21,712 bases of DNA from Myxococcales bacterium (GTDB lineage Bacteria > Myxococcota_A > UBA9042 > JABWCM01 > BTVJ01). The stretch lies in NCBI GenBank assembly GCA_045863395.1, contig BTVJ01000111.1, positions 1 to 21,712 of the forward strand, given 5' to 3'. Numbering within the stretch: position 1 is the first letter of the stretch; each line of letters begins with the position of its first letter. The position numbers and the translations under genes are program-made. Positions 8,752 to 16,877 of the stretch are shown here, one piece after another. The notes below the pieces were generated by a model. It was not told the origin of the DNA. It made no database searches and saw only the letters and a program-made list of their open reading frames with translations.

Positions 8752-8781
8752 ATGATACGCGCCGTCCTGCCCCTCCCGCAA
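8752..8781 (-). promoter_or_regulatory. Candidate sigma70-type promoter, probably leaderless, for the AAA-vWA block
   Basis: TTGCGG (8781-8776), 18 nt spacer, TATCAT (8757-8752), then 6 nt to GTG 8745; no Shine-Dalgarno in between. Confidence 0.5.
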
Positions 8782-8802
8782 CGCGCCGGTCGGTGAGCGC
8801 AG

Positions 8803-10560
8803 CTAGCCCTCGGGCGCCGGGTCGCGCCCGACGAAGGCGATGGCGGTCATGACCCCGAAGAACACGGTGTTCAGCGCGAGGCCGAGGGGCAGCGTCTGCT
8901 GGTCCGCGGGGAGCGTCAGCATGTGGAGGTAGCTCGTGACCGTGAAGTAGAGGAAGAGGCCCGTGATCGGGATGAGGAAGCCCTTGACGATGGCGCTGCC
9001 GCGGGTGTTGAGCGGGTGGGCCGGGTTGGCGTTGGCGCCCCGCACCACGAACGTGTAGAGCATGATGGCGGCCATGGAGCAGACGCCGATCACCATGAAC
9101 AGGAGCCACATGCTCTGTGGCTCGTAGGCCTCCCACAGGAGCTCGCGGGTCTTCCACGCATCGACGCCGACCGTCTTCTCGAAGAAGGCCATGAGGTCGC
9201 CCCTGTCGACGTTCTTCAGCGCGGCCTCGGTGACCCCCGCCTTCTCCACCAGGTACTTCTTGGCCAGGTTGATCTTGTCGCCGTGCTCCTCATACCAGTT
9301 CCCGGCGACGATGCTGCCGATGGACCAGCCGATGCCCACGGTGAAGTTGGTGTAGCCCATGTAGAGCCCCGCCTTGCCGGGAGGGGCGAGGCTCGCGAGG
9401 TAGCGCATCTTGGTCGGGCTGGCGCTCATCTCGCCGACGGAGAAGATCGCGATGGCCAGCAGGATCCACCAGCCGCTCAGCGACAAGCCGAGCATGTAGA
9501 TGCCGCCAGCAGAGATCGCGATGCCCACGATGATGGCGTTGAGCGCGCGGACCTTGCCCGTGACGTAGCCCACCGCAAAGGCGAGCAGGCTGATCAGGAG
9601 CGCGTTCAGGTTGATGATCCACTCCTGGGTCAGGTTGCCCTCGTTGATGGTGGGCACCCAGCTCTCCGGCACGATGCTCTTCAGGGCGCTCGCGGCGCCG
9701 CGCGAGTCGACCCAGTCGTCGATGAAGTTCGGGAGGATGTCGAAGAGCTGGAAGAACATCAGCCAGAAGCCGGCGAACGCGATGGTGAAGAAGAACAGGC
9801 GCGGCTCCAGCAGGCCCCGCATCGCGTTGTACATCACGCGCATGGGGCCCTGGTGCTCCTGGTCCTGGCCCACGTGGGCCGGCTCCTTGAAGAAGAACAG
9901 CGGGATGAAGTTGAGCGCGATGCCGGCCGAGCAGAGCAGGAAGACGTAGGTCCAGTCCAGCACCCGCAGGTAGCCCGCCAGGAGCGGACCGACGAAGCCC
10001 CCGATGTTGACCATCTGGTAGAAGAGGCCCCAGCCGAGCGACTCCGCCCCCTTGGGCATCTGGTTGGCGATGAGCCCCTGAACGCCCGGCTTGAAGATGG
10101 CCGTACCGAAGGCGAGCAGCATCGCTCCCGAGAAGAAGAGCTCGTAGGCCAGGTCCGACCCCGCCGCGCGGGCCTCGGCGAGCGGCATGCCCGCGAGGAG
10201 CTCCGCCAGATGGACCGAGTAGCCCATCAGGAGGTAGCCGAAGATCTTCAGGACCGTCGCCAGCGCGATGTTGATCTTGTAGCCGTAGCGGTCGGCGAAG
10301 CCCCCGGACAGGATTGGCACGAAGGACTGCACGATGGCCCACACGGCGAAGATCGTGCCCTTCTGCCGGTGATCGAGCTGGGGGCCTCCGTCGCCCGCCG
10401 CGAGCACCATGAACACCGGCAGGACCACGCGCACGCCGTAGTAGGCGAAGCGCTCCACCAGCTCGATCCAGTTGGCGATCCAGTAGACGCTGCCGAAGGA
10501 CTTGAGCTGAGTCCAGAACGACTCCTTGGACCTCTCGTCACCCTGCATGACACCGCCCAC
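8803..10560 (-). CDS. MFS transporter, POT/PTR (proton-dependent oligopeptide) family-like
   Basis: ELVERFAYYG (ExxERFxYY), GGFADRYG, FKPG and FYQMVNIGGF motifs; many TM helices; AGGAGGT RBS before GTG 10560 (alternative ATG 10548). Confidence 0.88.
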   Translation of the reverse strand: MGGVMQGDERSKESFWTQLKSFGSVYWIANWIELVERFAYYGVRVVLPVFMVLAAGDGGPQLDHRQKGTIFAVWAIVQSFVPILSGGFADRYGYKINIALATVLKIFGYLLMGYSVHLAELLAGMPLAEARAAGSDLAYELFFSGAMLLAFGTAIFKPGVQGLIANQMPKGAESLGWGLFYQMVNIGGFVGPLLAGYLRVLDWTYVFLLCSAGIALNFIPLFFFKEPAHVGQDQEHQGPMRVMYNAMRGLLEPRLFFFTIAFAGFWLMFFQLFDILPNFIDDWVDSRGAASALKSIVPESWVPTINEGNLTQEWIINLNALLISLLAFAVGYVTGKVRALNAIIVGIAISAGGIYMLGLSLSGWWILLAIAIFSVGEMSASPTKMRYLASLAPPGKAGLYMGYTNFTVGIGWSIGSIVAGNWYEEHGDKINLAKKYLVEKAGVTEAALKNVDRGDLMAFFEKTVGVDAWKTRELLWEAYEPQSMWLLFMVIGVCSMAAIMLYTFVVRGANANPAHPLNTRGSAIVKGFLIPITGLFLYFTVTSYLHMLTLPADQQTLPLGLALNTVFFGVMTAIAFVGRDPAPEG

Positions 10561-10588
10561 ACATCACCTCCTGCGTCGGGGAGGCCGC

Positions 10589-10618
10589 AGTCTAAGGCCA
10601 CCGCCGTCAACTGCGCAA
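10589..10618 (-). promoter_or_regulatory. Candidate sigma70-type promoter for the transporter
   Basis: TTGCGC (10618-10613), 18 nt spacer, TAGACT (10594-10589), lying just upstream of the RBS. Confidence 0.4.
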
Positions 10619-10675
10619 CACCGCAATCGGGCGTCCGGACGCCCGCCTCCCGCGCTCCCTCGGCGGCTGCGTGGT

Positions 10676-10705
10676 TTGACAACTCCGCGGGCCGGGGAGT
10701 ACCTT
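10676..10705 (+). promoter_or_regulatory. Candidate sigma70-type promoter for the tldD run
   Basis: Consensus TTGACA (10676-10681), 18 nt spacer, TACCTT (10700-10705), about 40 nt upstream of ATG 10746. Confidence 0.55.
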
Positions 10706-10745
10706 CCCCGGGTCCATTCATGCGCCAAACATCGTGGATTCACAT

Positions 10746-12434
10746 ATGGTTCAGCACTTCCCGCGCCTGCTCCTGCCCCTGATCGCCCTCGCAGCCTGTG
10801 CGCCGGGGGCTCGCGCGTCGGGCCAGCCCGTCTTGCACGCCATGGAGCAGGAGCTCAAGCGCAACGTCGACACGCTCCGCCTCCAGGACTACCCGCCGCC
10901 CTACTTCATCGGCTACCAGCTCAAGGAGGAGCGGGTCGAGCGGGTCGCCGCCCGCGCCGGCTCCATCGTGAAGCGCGAGCAGACCCGCGACCGGGCCCTC
11001 AACGTGGAGGTGCGCGTCGGCAGCTACGAGCTGGACAACACGGGCGACAAGGCGGGCCAGGGCTACGACGAGCTGGTGCTCTACCAGGCCCCGACGGACG
11101 CCCCCCTGGACGACCACCCGGGCGCCCTGCGGCAGGCCCTGTGGCTCCTGACGGACCAGCGGTACAAGGAGGCGCTCGCCGCCTACCTGCGCGTCAAGGG
11201 CATGAAGGTCTACCGGGCGGAGGATGCAGACAAGCAGGGCAGCTTCACGCGGGAGCAGCCGGTCCGCGACATCCAGGAGCCACCGCCGCTGGACTTCGAC
11301 CTGGACCGCTGGGCCGAGGTGGCGCGCACGGTGAGCGCGGAGCTGTCGTCGAGCGGCATCGCCTTCGACTCGTCCGTCGAGATCGATGCACGGCGGGAGA
11401 CCCGCTGGCAGGTCAACTCGGAGGGAACGTCACTCCTGACCGGCGCCGTGATCTACGGCATCCACGTCAACGCCATGGCACGGGCAGAGGACGGCATGAT
11501 CCTGGCCCACTCCTTCGACGTCTACCGCCGGGACCAGGCGTCCTTCCCGCCGGTCGCCGAGATCTCGGCCCTGGCAAAGGACATGCTGGCCGAGCTGGAC
11601 GCGCTCCGCAAGGCGCCGGTCCTGGAGCCCTACACGGGCCCGGCCATCCTGCTCCCGGAGGCGACGGGCGTGTTCTTCCACGAGGCGGTGGGTCACCGTC
11701 TCGAAGGGGAGCGCCAGGACAACGACGAGGAGGGCCACACCTTCAAGGGCCAGGTCGGCCGCCAGGTGATGCCCGAGTTTCTGTCCGTCTACGAGGACCC
11801 GACCCTCCGCGAGGCGGCCGGCGCCCAGCTCAACGGCTACTACCGCTACGACGACCAGGCCGTCCCCACGTCGCGGGTCGTCCTCGTGGAGCGCGGCGTC
11901 CTGCGCAACTTCATCCTCTCGCGCAAGCCCGTGGAGGGCTTCACCGCCAGCAACGGCCATGGCCGCGCCCAAGGCAACGCCACCCCCGTCGGCCGCATGG
12001 GCAACCTGATCGTCGAGACCAGCGCCCCGGTTACACGGGAGCGCCTGAAGGCGATGCTCCTCGAAGAGGCGCGGCGGCAGGGCAAGCCCTATGGCCTCAT
12101 CGTCAACAGCATCACCGGCGGCTCCACCAACACCACCAGCTACGGCTACCAAGCCTTCAAGGGCGCGGCCCGCACGGTCTTCCGGGTGGACGCGACGACC
12201 GGCGAGGAGACCCTGGTGCGGGGCGTGGAGATCGTCGGCACGCCGCTCGCCAGCATCAACAAGATCGTTGCGGGTGACGACACGGTTGGCGTATTCAATG
12301 GCTACTGCGGCGCTGAGAGCGGCTACGTGCCGGTCAGCACGGTCGCCCCGGCGATGCTGTTCAGCGAGATCGAGCTGCAGCGGTCGGTGCGGACGCGTGA
12401 GAAGGGCCAGATCCTTCCGCCCCCGACCCCTTGA
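10746..12434 (+). CDS. tldD: TldD/PmbA-family metalloprotease (catalytic TldD type) with export/lipoprotein signal
   Basis: HEAVGHRLE (HExxxH metal site), SNGHGR, GRMGNL and C-terminal GYCGAESGYVPVS; N-terminus MVQHFPRLLLPLIALAA-C. Start is ATG 10746 or GTG 10734. Confidence 0.88.
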   Translation: MVQHFPRLLLPLIALAACAPGARASGQPVLHAMEQELKRNVDTLRLQDYPPPYFIGYQLKEERVERVAARAGSIVKREQTRDRALNVEVRVGSYELDNTGDKAGQGYDELVLYQAPTDAPLDDHPGALRQALWLLTDQRYKEALAAYLRVKGMKVYRAEDADKQGSFTREQPVRDIQEPPPLDFDLDRWAEVARTVSAELSSSGIAFDSSVEIDARRETRWQVNSEGTSLLTGAVIYGIHVNAMARAEDGMILAHSFDVYRRDQASFPPVAEISALAKDMLAELDALRKAPVLEPYTGPAILLPEATGVFFHEAVGHRLEGERQDNDEEGHTFKGQVGRQVMPEFLSVYEDPTLREAAGAQLNGYYRYDDQAVPTSRVVLVERGVLRNFILSRKPVEGFTASNGHGRAQGNATPVGRMGNLIVETSAPVTRERLKAMLLEEARRQGKPYGLIVNSITGGSTNTTSYGYQAFKGAARTVFRVDATTGEETLVRGVEIVGTPLASINKIVAGDDTVGVFNGYCGAESGYVPVSTVAPAMLFSEIELQRSVRTREKGQILPPPTP

Positions 12435-12463
12435 CTCCGCCCCGGAACCGAGAAGGACGCCGG

Positions 12464-13264
12464 ATGCCAGGACTCTCCGCTCATGCAGCAACCGACGTGG
12501 GGCGGGTGCGCGAGCGCAACGAGGACAGCCTGCTCCTGCTCCCCTCCCACGCGGTGTACGTCGTGGCCGACGGCATGGGGGGGCACGCGAGCGGCGACGT
12601 GGCGAGCCAGACCTCCATCTCGGCCATCAAGAGCTTCTTCGAAGACGAGGATCTGACCGCGACGCTGCGCCAGGAGTACCGGGAGCTGCGGCGCACGGCG
12701 GAGGGCCGCCTCCCCTTCCACGCCTTCGAGCAGTACTGCCTCTACCGGGCCCTGGAGAGCGCCAACACCTCGATCTTCAATACGGCGCGGCGCATCCCGC
12801 GCTACAAGGACATGGGCACGACCATCGTGTCCACCCTCTTCGTGCGCAACCGGATCTACGTCGGCTTCGTGGGCGACAGCCGCCTCTACCGCATCCGCGG
12901 CGGGCGCATTGCGCAGCTCACCGAGGACCACAGCCTCGCCAACGAGTACATCCGGATGAACATCCTGAAGAAGGAGGACCTCCCCCACTTCCCCTACAAG
13001 AACGTGATCGTGCGCGCGCTGGGCCTCAACGACACGGCGCGCATCGACACCTTTCACCGGGAGTGCCGCCCTGGAGACCTCTACCTGCTGTGCACGGACG
13101 GCTTGACGGACCTGGTGACCGACGACGAGATCATGGAGGTCATCGACGGCGCGCCCGATCTGGGCGAGGCGTGCGAGCGGCTCGTCGACCGGGCCAACGC
13201 CTACGGCGGAGTGGACAACATCACGGTGCTCCTCGTGCGGGTGGACGAGGGGTTGGCTGCATAG
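12464..13264 (+). CDS. PP2C/PPM-family Ser/Thr protein phosphatase (Stp1/PrpC-like)
   Basis: TDVGRVRERNED, VADGMGGH, MGTT, VGDSRLY, TEDHS, CTDGL and GGVDNIT motifs. AGAAGGA RBS before ATG 12464 (alternative TTG 12431). Confidence 0.95.
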   Translation: MPGLSAHAATDVGRVRERNEDSLLLLPSHAVYVVADGMGGHASGDVASQTSISAIKSFFEDEDLTATLRQEYRELRRTAEGRLPFHAFEQYCLYRALESANTSIFNTARRIPRYKDMGTTIVSTLFVRNRIYVGFVGDSRLYRIRGGRIAQLTEDHSLANEYIRMNILKKEDLPHFPYKNVIVRALGLNDTARIDTFHRECRPGDLYLLCTDGLTDLVTDDEIMEVIDGAPDLGEACERLVDRANAYGGVDNITVLLVRVDEGLAA

Positions 13265-13296
13265 GTCCGCGTCCCCGGTAGGGGGCCGCGGGGAGG

Positions 13297-13536
13297 ATGG
13301 TGAACGTGGCGACATGGAGAGCGGGCCTCGGAGCGGCCCTGGTGCTGGGGGTCCTTTGGCTCACGGGTTGCTCCAAGCCCTGCGGCGAGCTGGCGGACCA
13401 CGCGTGCGAGCGGGCAGGCGAGGGCAGCGAGACCTGCCTGGCCATCCGCGAGAAGGCGAGCAAGGCGTCGAGCGAGGACCAGCGGGCGTGCCGCAAGGCC
13501 CTCGACATGGTGGAGACCCTCGGAAAGAACAAGTGA
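13297..13536 (+). CDS. Small lipoprotein (79 aa) with four further Cys
   Basis: Hydrophobic signal ending in lipobox LTG-C; mature part has C-x7-C-x9-C-x17-C; fills the gap between phosphatase and kinase. GGAGGA lies upstream, so the exact start could be an in-frame GTG a few codons later. Confidence 0.75.
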   Translation: MVNVATWRAGLGAALVLGVLWLTGCSKPCGELADHACERAGEGSETCLAIREKASKASSEDQRACRKALDMVETLGKNK

Positions 13537-13549
13537 GCACCGCGCGACG

Positions 13550-15943
13550 ATGACGGGCGACCTGCCGGAGGATCCCGGTCGGCCACCGGTCCCGTCAGAT
13601 GGCGGGCCCTCGTGGTTCGGCAAGTACGAGCTGCTCGAGATGATCGGCAGCGGCGGCATGGCCGAGATCTTCAAGGCGCGCCTGTCGGGCCTCGGCGGCT
13701 TCGAGAAGATCCTGGTCGTCAAGAAGATCCTCCCCCACTACGCCAAGAACCGCAGCTTCGTGAAGATGCTGATCGCCGAGGCGAAGCTCTGCTCGTCGCT
13801 GCAGCACGCCAACATCGTGCAGATCTTCGAGCTCGGGGAGGTGGACGAGAACCCCTACATCGCCATGGAGTACGTCCACGGCAAGGATCTGCTGAAGCTC
13901 CTCTCCCGCCGCACCAAGATGGGCGAGCGCATGCCCATCGAGCTGTGTCTCTACATGGTCGCAGAGGTCTGCAAGGGCCTGGGCTACGCCCACGAGGCGA
14001 CGGACCCCCGGGGCAACCCCCTGAAGATCATCCACCGGGACGTCAGCCCGTCCAACGTGATCATCAGCTACAACGGGGAGGTGAAGATCACCGACTTCGG
14101 GGTCGCCAAGGCGAGCTTGGAGCAGGAGCAGCAGCACACCCGCCCTGGCGTGCTCAAGGGCAAGCTCGGCTACATGAGCCCGGAGCAGGTCACGGGGAGG
14201 GACTTCGACCACCGCAGCGACATCTTCTCGCTGGGCATCATCCTCTACGAGGCCATCACGCTGAAGCGCCTGTTCCTGGGCAAGACCGACCTGGACACGC
14301 TGATCAACATCCGCGACGTGCGCATCGAGTCCAAGTTCCAGCGCCACGACTACATCCCCGAGCCGGTGCGGGAGATCCTGCGCCGCGCCCTCGCCCGGGA
14401 CCCGGCCGAGCGCTACCAGACGGCCATGGAGTTCCACGACGCGGTCCAGGACTACCTGTTCGATCAGCGCCTGCGGCTCACGGGGGCAGAGGTGGGCCGC
14501 CTCATGCGGGAGATGTTCCCGGACGTTCCCTCCGCTCTGGCAGGGACCGCGCCGCCGAGCACCCACGATGGCCCGGCTACCCCTATCGGCACGCCGGTCC
14601 CCTCTCCGCGGACGCATCCAGGGACGCGGCGCCCCGAAGGGGGCATGCCCGACACGAGCCCGTCGTCCCTCTCTCTGCGCCCGGGCGCGCGACGAGACCC
14701 GGAGCCGGTCTCCGCTCCCGAGGTACCCATGGACCTCGCGGCGGTGGCTCCGGAGCGAACACCGGTGGGGCGCCCGGCGGCCAAGGAGCGCCCCCGGGGC
14801 AAGGTCGCCGTACCCATGGAGGACCTGAGCGGCGCCGCCCAGCGCGACAACCTGTCGGGTGCCTACGCGTTCCGGGCGACGCAGACCAACACGGGCAACG
14901 TCATCCTGCGCGGCGCCCTGGACCTGGACGTCGCCGACAGCGGCGGCCCGGACGCGCTGACTCCGGTGGGCTGGGGAATCGGGGACACGGGCCTCCACGA
15001 GGCGACCTTCCGGCTCCGGGGCCACGACGGGCAGGTCTTCGGCCCCATCTCGTTCCCGAACCTGATCAACCTCATGAAGAGCCGCTCGGTCACCGAGGGC
15101 GAGCTCGTCAGCATCAACGACGGCGAGTGGGTGCCCGCCGGCCAGATCGCGCCGCTCCGCCGCATGCTGCCGGAGTTCTTCGGGCGGGCGCGCCAGAAGC
15201 CGCTCTACGAGGGGCCCGTCAACCACCTGATGCTCCCGCGCCTCATCTACCAGATCGCCGTCAACCGCAACTCGGGCGTGCTCAAGCTCTCCCGCGGGAC
15301 CACGGCCAAGGAGGTCTTCTTCAAGCGGGGCCGACCGCGCCACATCACGTCGAGCCTCAAGAAGGAGCTGCTCGGCAACTACATGGTCGACAAGGGCCTG
15401 GTCCCCGCCGCGGGCCTGGACGAGGCGATCCGCCGGGTCCGGGAGACCGGCGCCAAGCTCGGCGACACGCTCATCGCCATGAACATCGTGCGCCCCTATG
15501 ACCTGTACCGGATCCTGAGCAACCAGTTCCGCGACAAGTTCCTCGAGGTCTTCACCTGGACTCGCGGCTGGTACGCCTTCTTCGAGGACGAGGTCCCCGC
15601 CGACGACATCATCCCCCTGGAGGTCGACCCCCTGCTCTGTCTGAGCGAGGGCGTGCGCCAGTTCTATGGCCTGGAGGTCCTGGAGCGCTTCTTCATGGAC
15701 AGGATGGGCCGCCCCTTCAGCCAGGTGAAGAACCGCCACATCACCATCGACAACCTGTGCTTCTCCGCCAAGGAGCGCCGGGCCCACACCTTCGTCGAGA
15801 CGGCGACGACCCTGCGCGACCTGATGCGCAAGCACGGCCGCACCCCGGACGACCGCCTGACCCTGTTCCGCGTCGTCTTCGTGCTGTTCCAGACCGACCT
15901 GCTGCTCTTCGAGAACGACTCGCCGGACGTGCCCCCTCGCTGA
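13550..15943 (+). CDS. Hanks-type Ser/Thr protein kinase with Pro-rich linker, GYF_2-like, DUF4388-like and MshEN-like C-terminal regions
   Basis: IGSGGMAEIF, VVKK, HRDVSPSN, DFG and YMSPEQ kinase motifs; no TM helix seen; C-terminal domains recognised by eye only. Confidence 0.93.
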   Translation: MTGDLPEDPGRPPVPSDGGPSWFGKYELLEMIGSGGMAEIFKARLSGLGGFEKILVVKKILPHYAKNRSFVKMLIAEAKLCSSLQHANIVQIFELGEVDENPYIAMEYVHGKDLLKLLSRRTKMGERMPIELCLYMVAEVCKGLGYAHEATDPRGNPLKIIHRDVSPSNVIISYNGEVKITDFGVAKASLEQEQQHTRPGVLKGKLGYMSPEQVTGRDFDHRSDIFSLGIILYEAITLKRLFLGKTDLDTLINIRDVRIESKFQRHDYIPEPVREILRRALARDPAERYQTAMEFHDAVQDYLFDQRLRLTGAEVGRLMREMFPDVPSALAGTAPPSTHDGPATPIGTPVPSPRTHPGTRRPEGGMPDTSPSSLSLRPGARRDPEPVSAPEVPMDLAAVAPERTPVGRPAAKERPRGKVAVPMEDLSGAAQRDNLSGAYAFRATQTNTGNVILRGALDLDVADSGGPDALTPVGWGIGDTGLHEATFRLRGHDGQVFGPISFPNLINLMKSRSVTEGELVSINDGEWVPAGQIAPLRRMLPEFFGRARQKPLYEGPVNHLMLPRLIYQIAVNRNSGVLKLSRGTTAKEVFFKRGRPRHITSSLKKELLGNYMVDKGLVPAAGLDEAIRRVRETGAKLGDTLIAMNIVRPYDLYRILSNQFRDKFLEVFTWTRGWYAFFEDEVPADDIIPLEVDPLLCLSEGVRQFYGLEVLERFFMDRMGRPFSQVKNRHITIDNLCFSAKERRAHTFVETATTLRDLMRKHGRTPDDRLTLFRVVFVLFQTDLLLFENDSPDVPPR

Positions 15944-15968
15944 GCGAGCCGAGGGCCTGCACCGCCCG

Positions 15969-16772
15969 CTACTCCAGCGCCGACGTGAACACCTGCGTCG
16001 ACCAGAGGGTCCCGCCCCGCATGGCCACGCCCACGCCCGTGTAGAGGTAGCGCTCCGACAGGATGTTCTCGCGGTGGCCCGGGCTGTCCATCCAGCTCTG
16101 GACGATGCCCGCGGCGGGGTCGCCGCCGTAGCTCCCCTTGGCGATGTTCTCCGCGGCGGCGCCGAAGCTGCGCGCGCCCGCCTGCTTGAGGCGGTCCGTG
16201 AAGCGGCGCGAGGCGGGCGTCGGGGACTCGTGGGCGAAGTAGTCGAGGCGCGCCATCTCCTCGCTGTGGGCGCGGGCCGCCAGGGCGACCAGGGGGTGGG
16301 GCTGGAGCGGCGGGAGGCCCGCCTCCGAGCGCGCGTCGTTGATGCGCTCGACGATGCGCTGCTCCAGCTCCAGCAGGTCCGCGTCGTCGCCAGGTGCGAG
16401 CGGGGCGGGCGGCGGGGGCGGCGCGGCGGGCTCCGCGGGCCACGCAGGGGCGACAGGTGTCTCCGATGGCGGAGGCGCGGGCGGCGCGGGAGGCACGGGA
16501 GGCTCTGGAGCCCCCTGAGTGTCCGGCGCCACCACGGCAGGCACCAGCACCCACTGGGCGCCGGTGCGGCTCGGGCGGCTGACGACGGCCCAGCCAGGAG
16601 GGTCGGGCGGGCGGCTCCACGGGTCGGTGCCGAGCGACGGGATGGGCACGAGGGCCCACTGGTTGCTGCCGGAGCCTGGCTCCAGGACGACGGCCCAGCC
16701 GCTCGGGGCGGGCGGGGTGGCCAGGGCGGGGGCAGAGAGGAGCAGGAGCAGGAGGGCGGCGTTCAGTCTCAT
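15969..16772 (-). CDS. Secreted CAP (SCP/YkwD-like) domain protein with Pro-rich linker
   Basis: Signal peptide ending ALA; INDARSEAGLPPL, AARAHSEEM, YFAHESP, AENIA and WMDSPGHRENIL motifs. Confidence 0.92.
   Translation of the reverse strand: MRLNAALLLLLLSAPALATPPAPSGWAVVLEPGSGSNQWALVPIPSLGTDPWSRPPDPPGWAVVSRPSRTGAQWVLVPAVVAPDTQGAPEPPVPPAPPAPPPSETPVAPAWPAEPAAPPPPPAPLAPGDDADLLELEQRIVERINDARSEAGLPPLQPHPLVALAARAHSEEMARLDYFAHESPTPASRRFTDRLKQAGARSFGAAAENIAKGSYGGDPAAGIVQSWMDSPGHRENILSERYLYTGVGVAMRGGTLWSTQVFTSALE
16539..16715 (-). repeat. Two-copy intragenic repeat with a 35-codon period
   Basis: PPxPxGWAVV-x8-QWxLVP occurs twice; identical 15-mer GACGACGGCCCAGCC at 16581-16595 and 16686-16700, 105 nt apart. 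Confidence 0.8.
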
Positions 16773-16877
16773 GGGCGCTCCATCGGGGATGCACGGCCGA
16801 AGGGCTCAAACGGTCTCACGACCAGGGGTATTCACGCGGCGCTCGTGGGGCGAGCCCCCCTGGTTCGCCCGACGCGC

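Noticed and set aside
5086..8796. 1236-aa plus-strand ORF
   Set aside because: Antisense shadow of the radical SAM, vWA and AAA genes; rich in R/P/L/H with no motifs. Long stop-free frames are expected at this GC content.
3452..12434. RiPP cluster reading (radical SAM, TldD and peptide transporter)
   Set aside because: No credible precursor ORF in the gaps, no room for an RRE domain, TldD appears exported, POT transporters are typically importers, and a candidate promoter separates the transporter from the AAA block. Not excluded, but unsupported.
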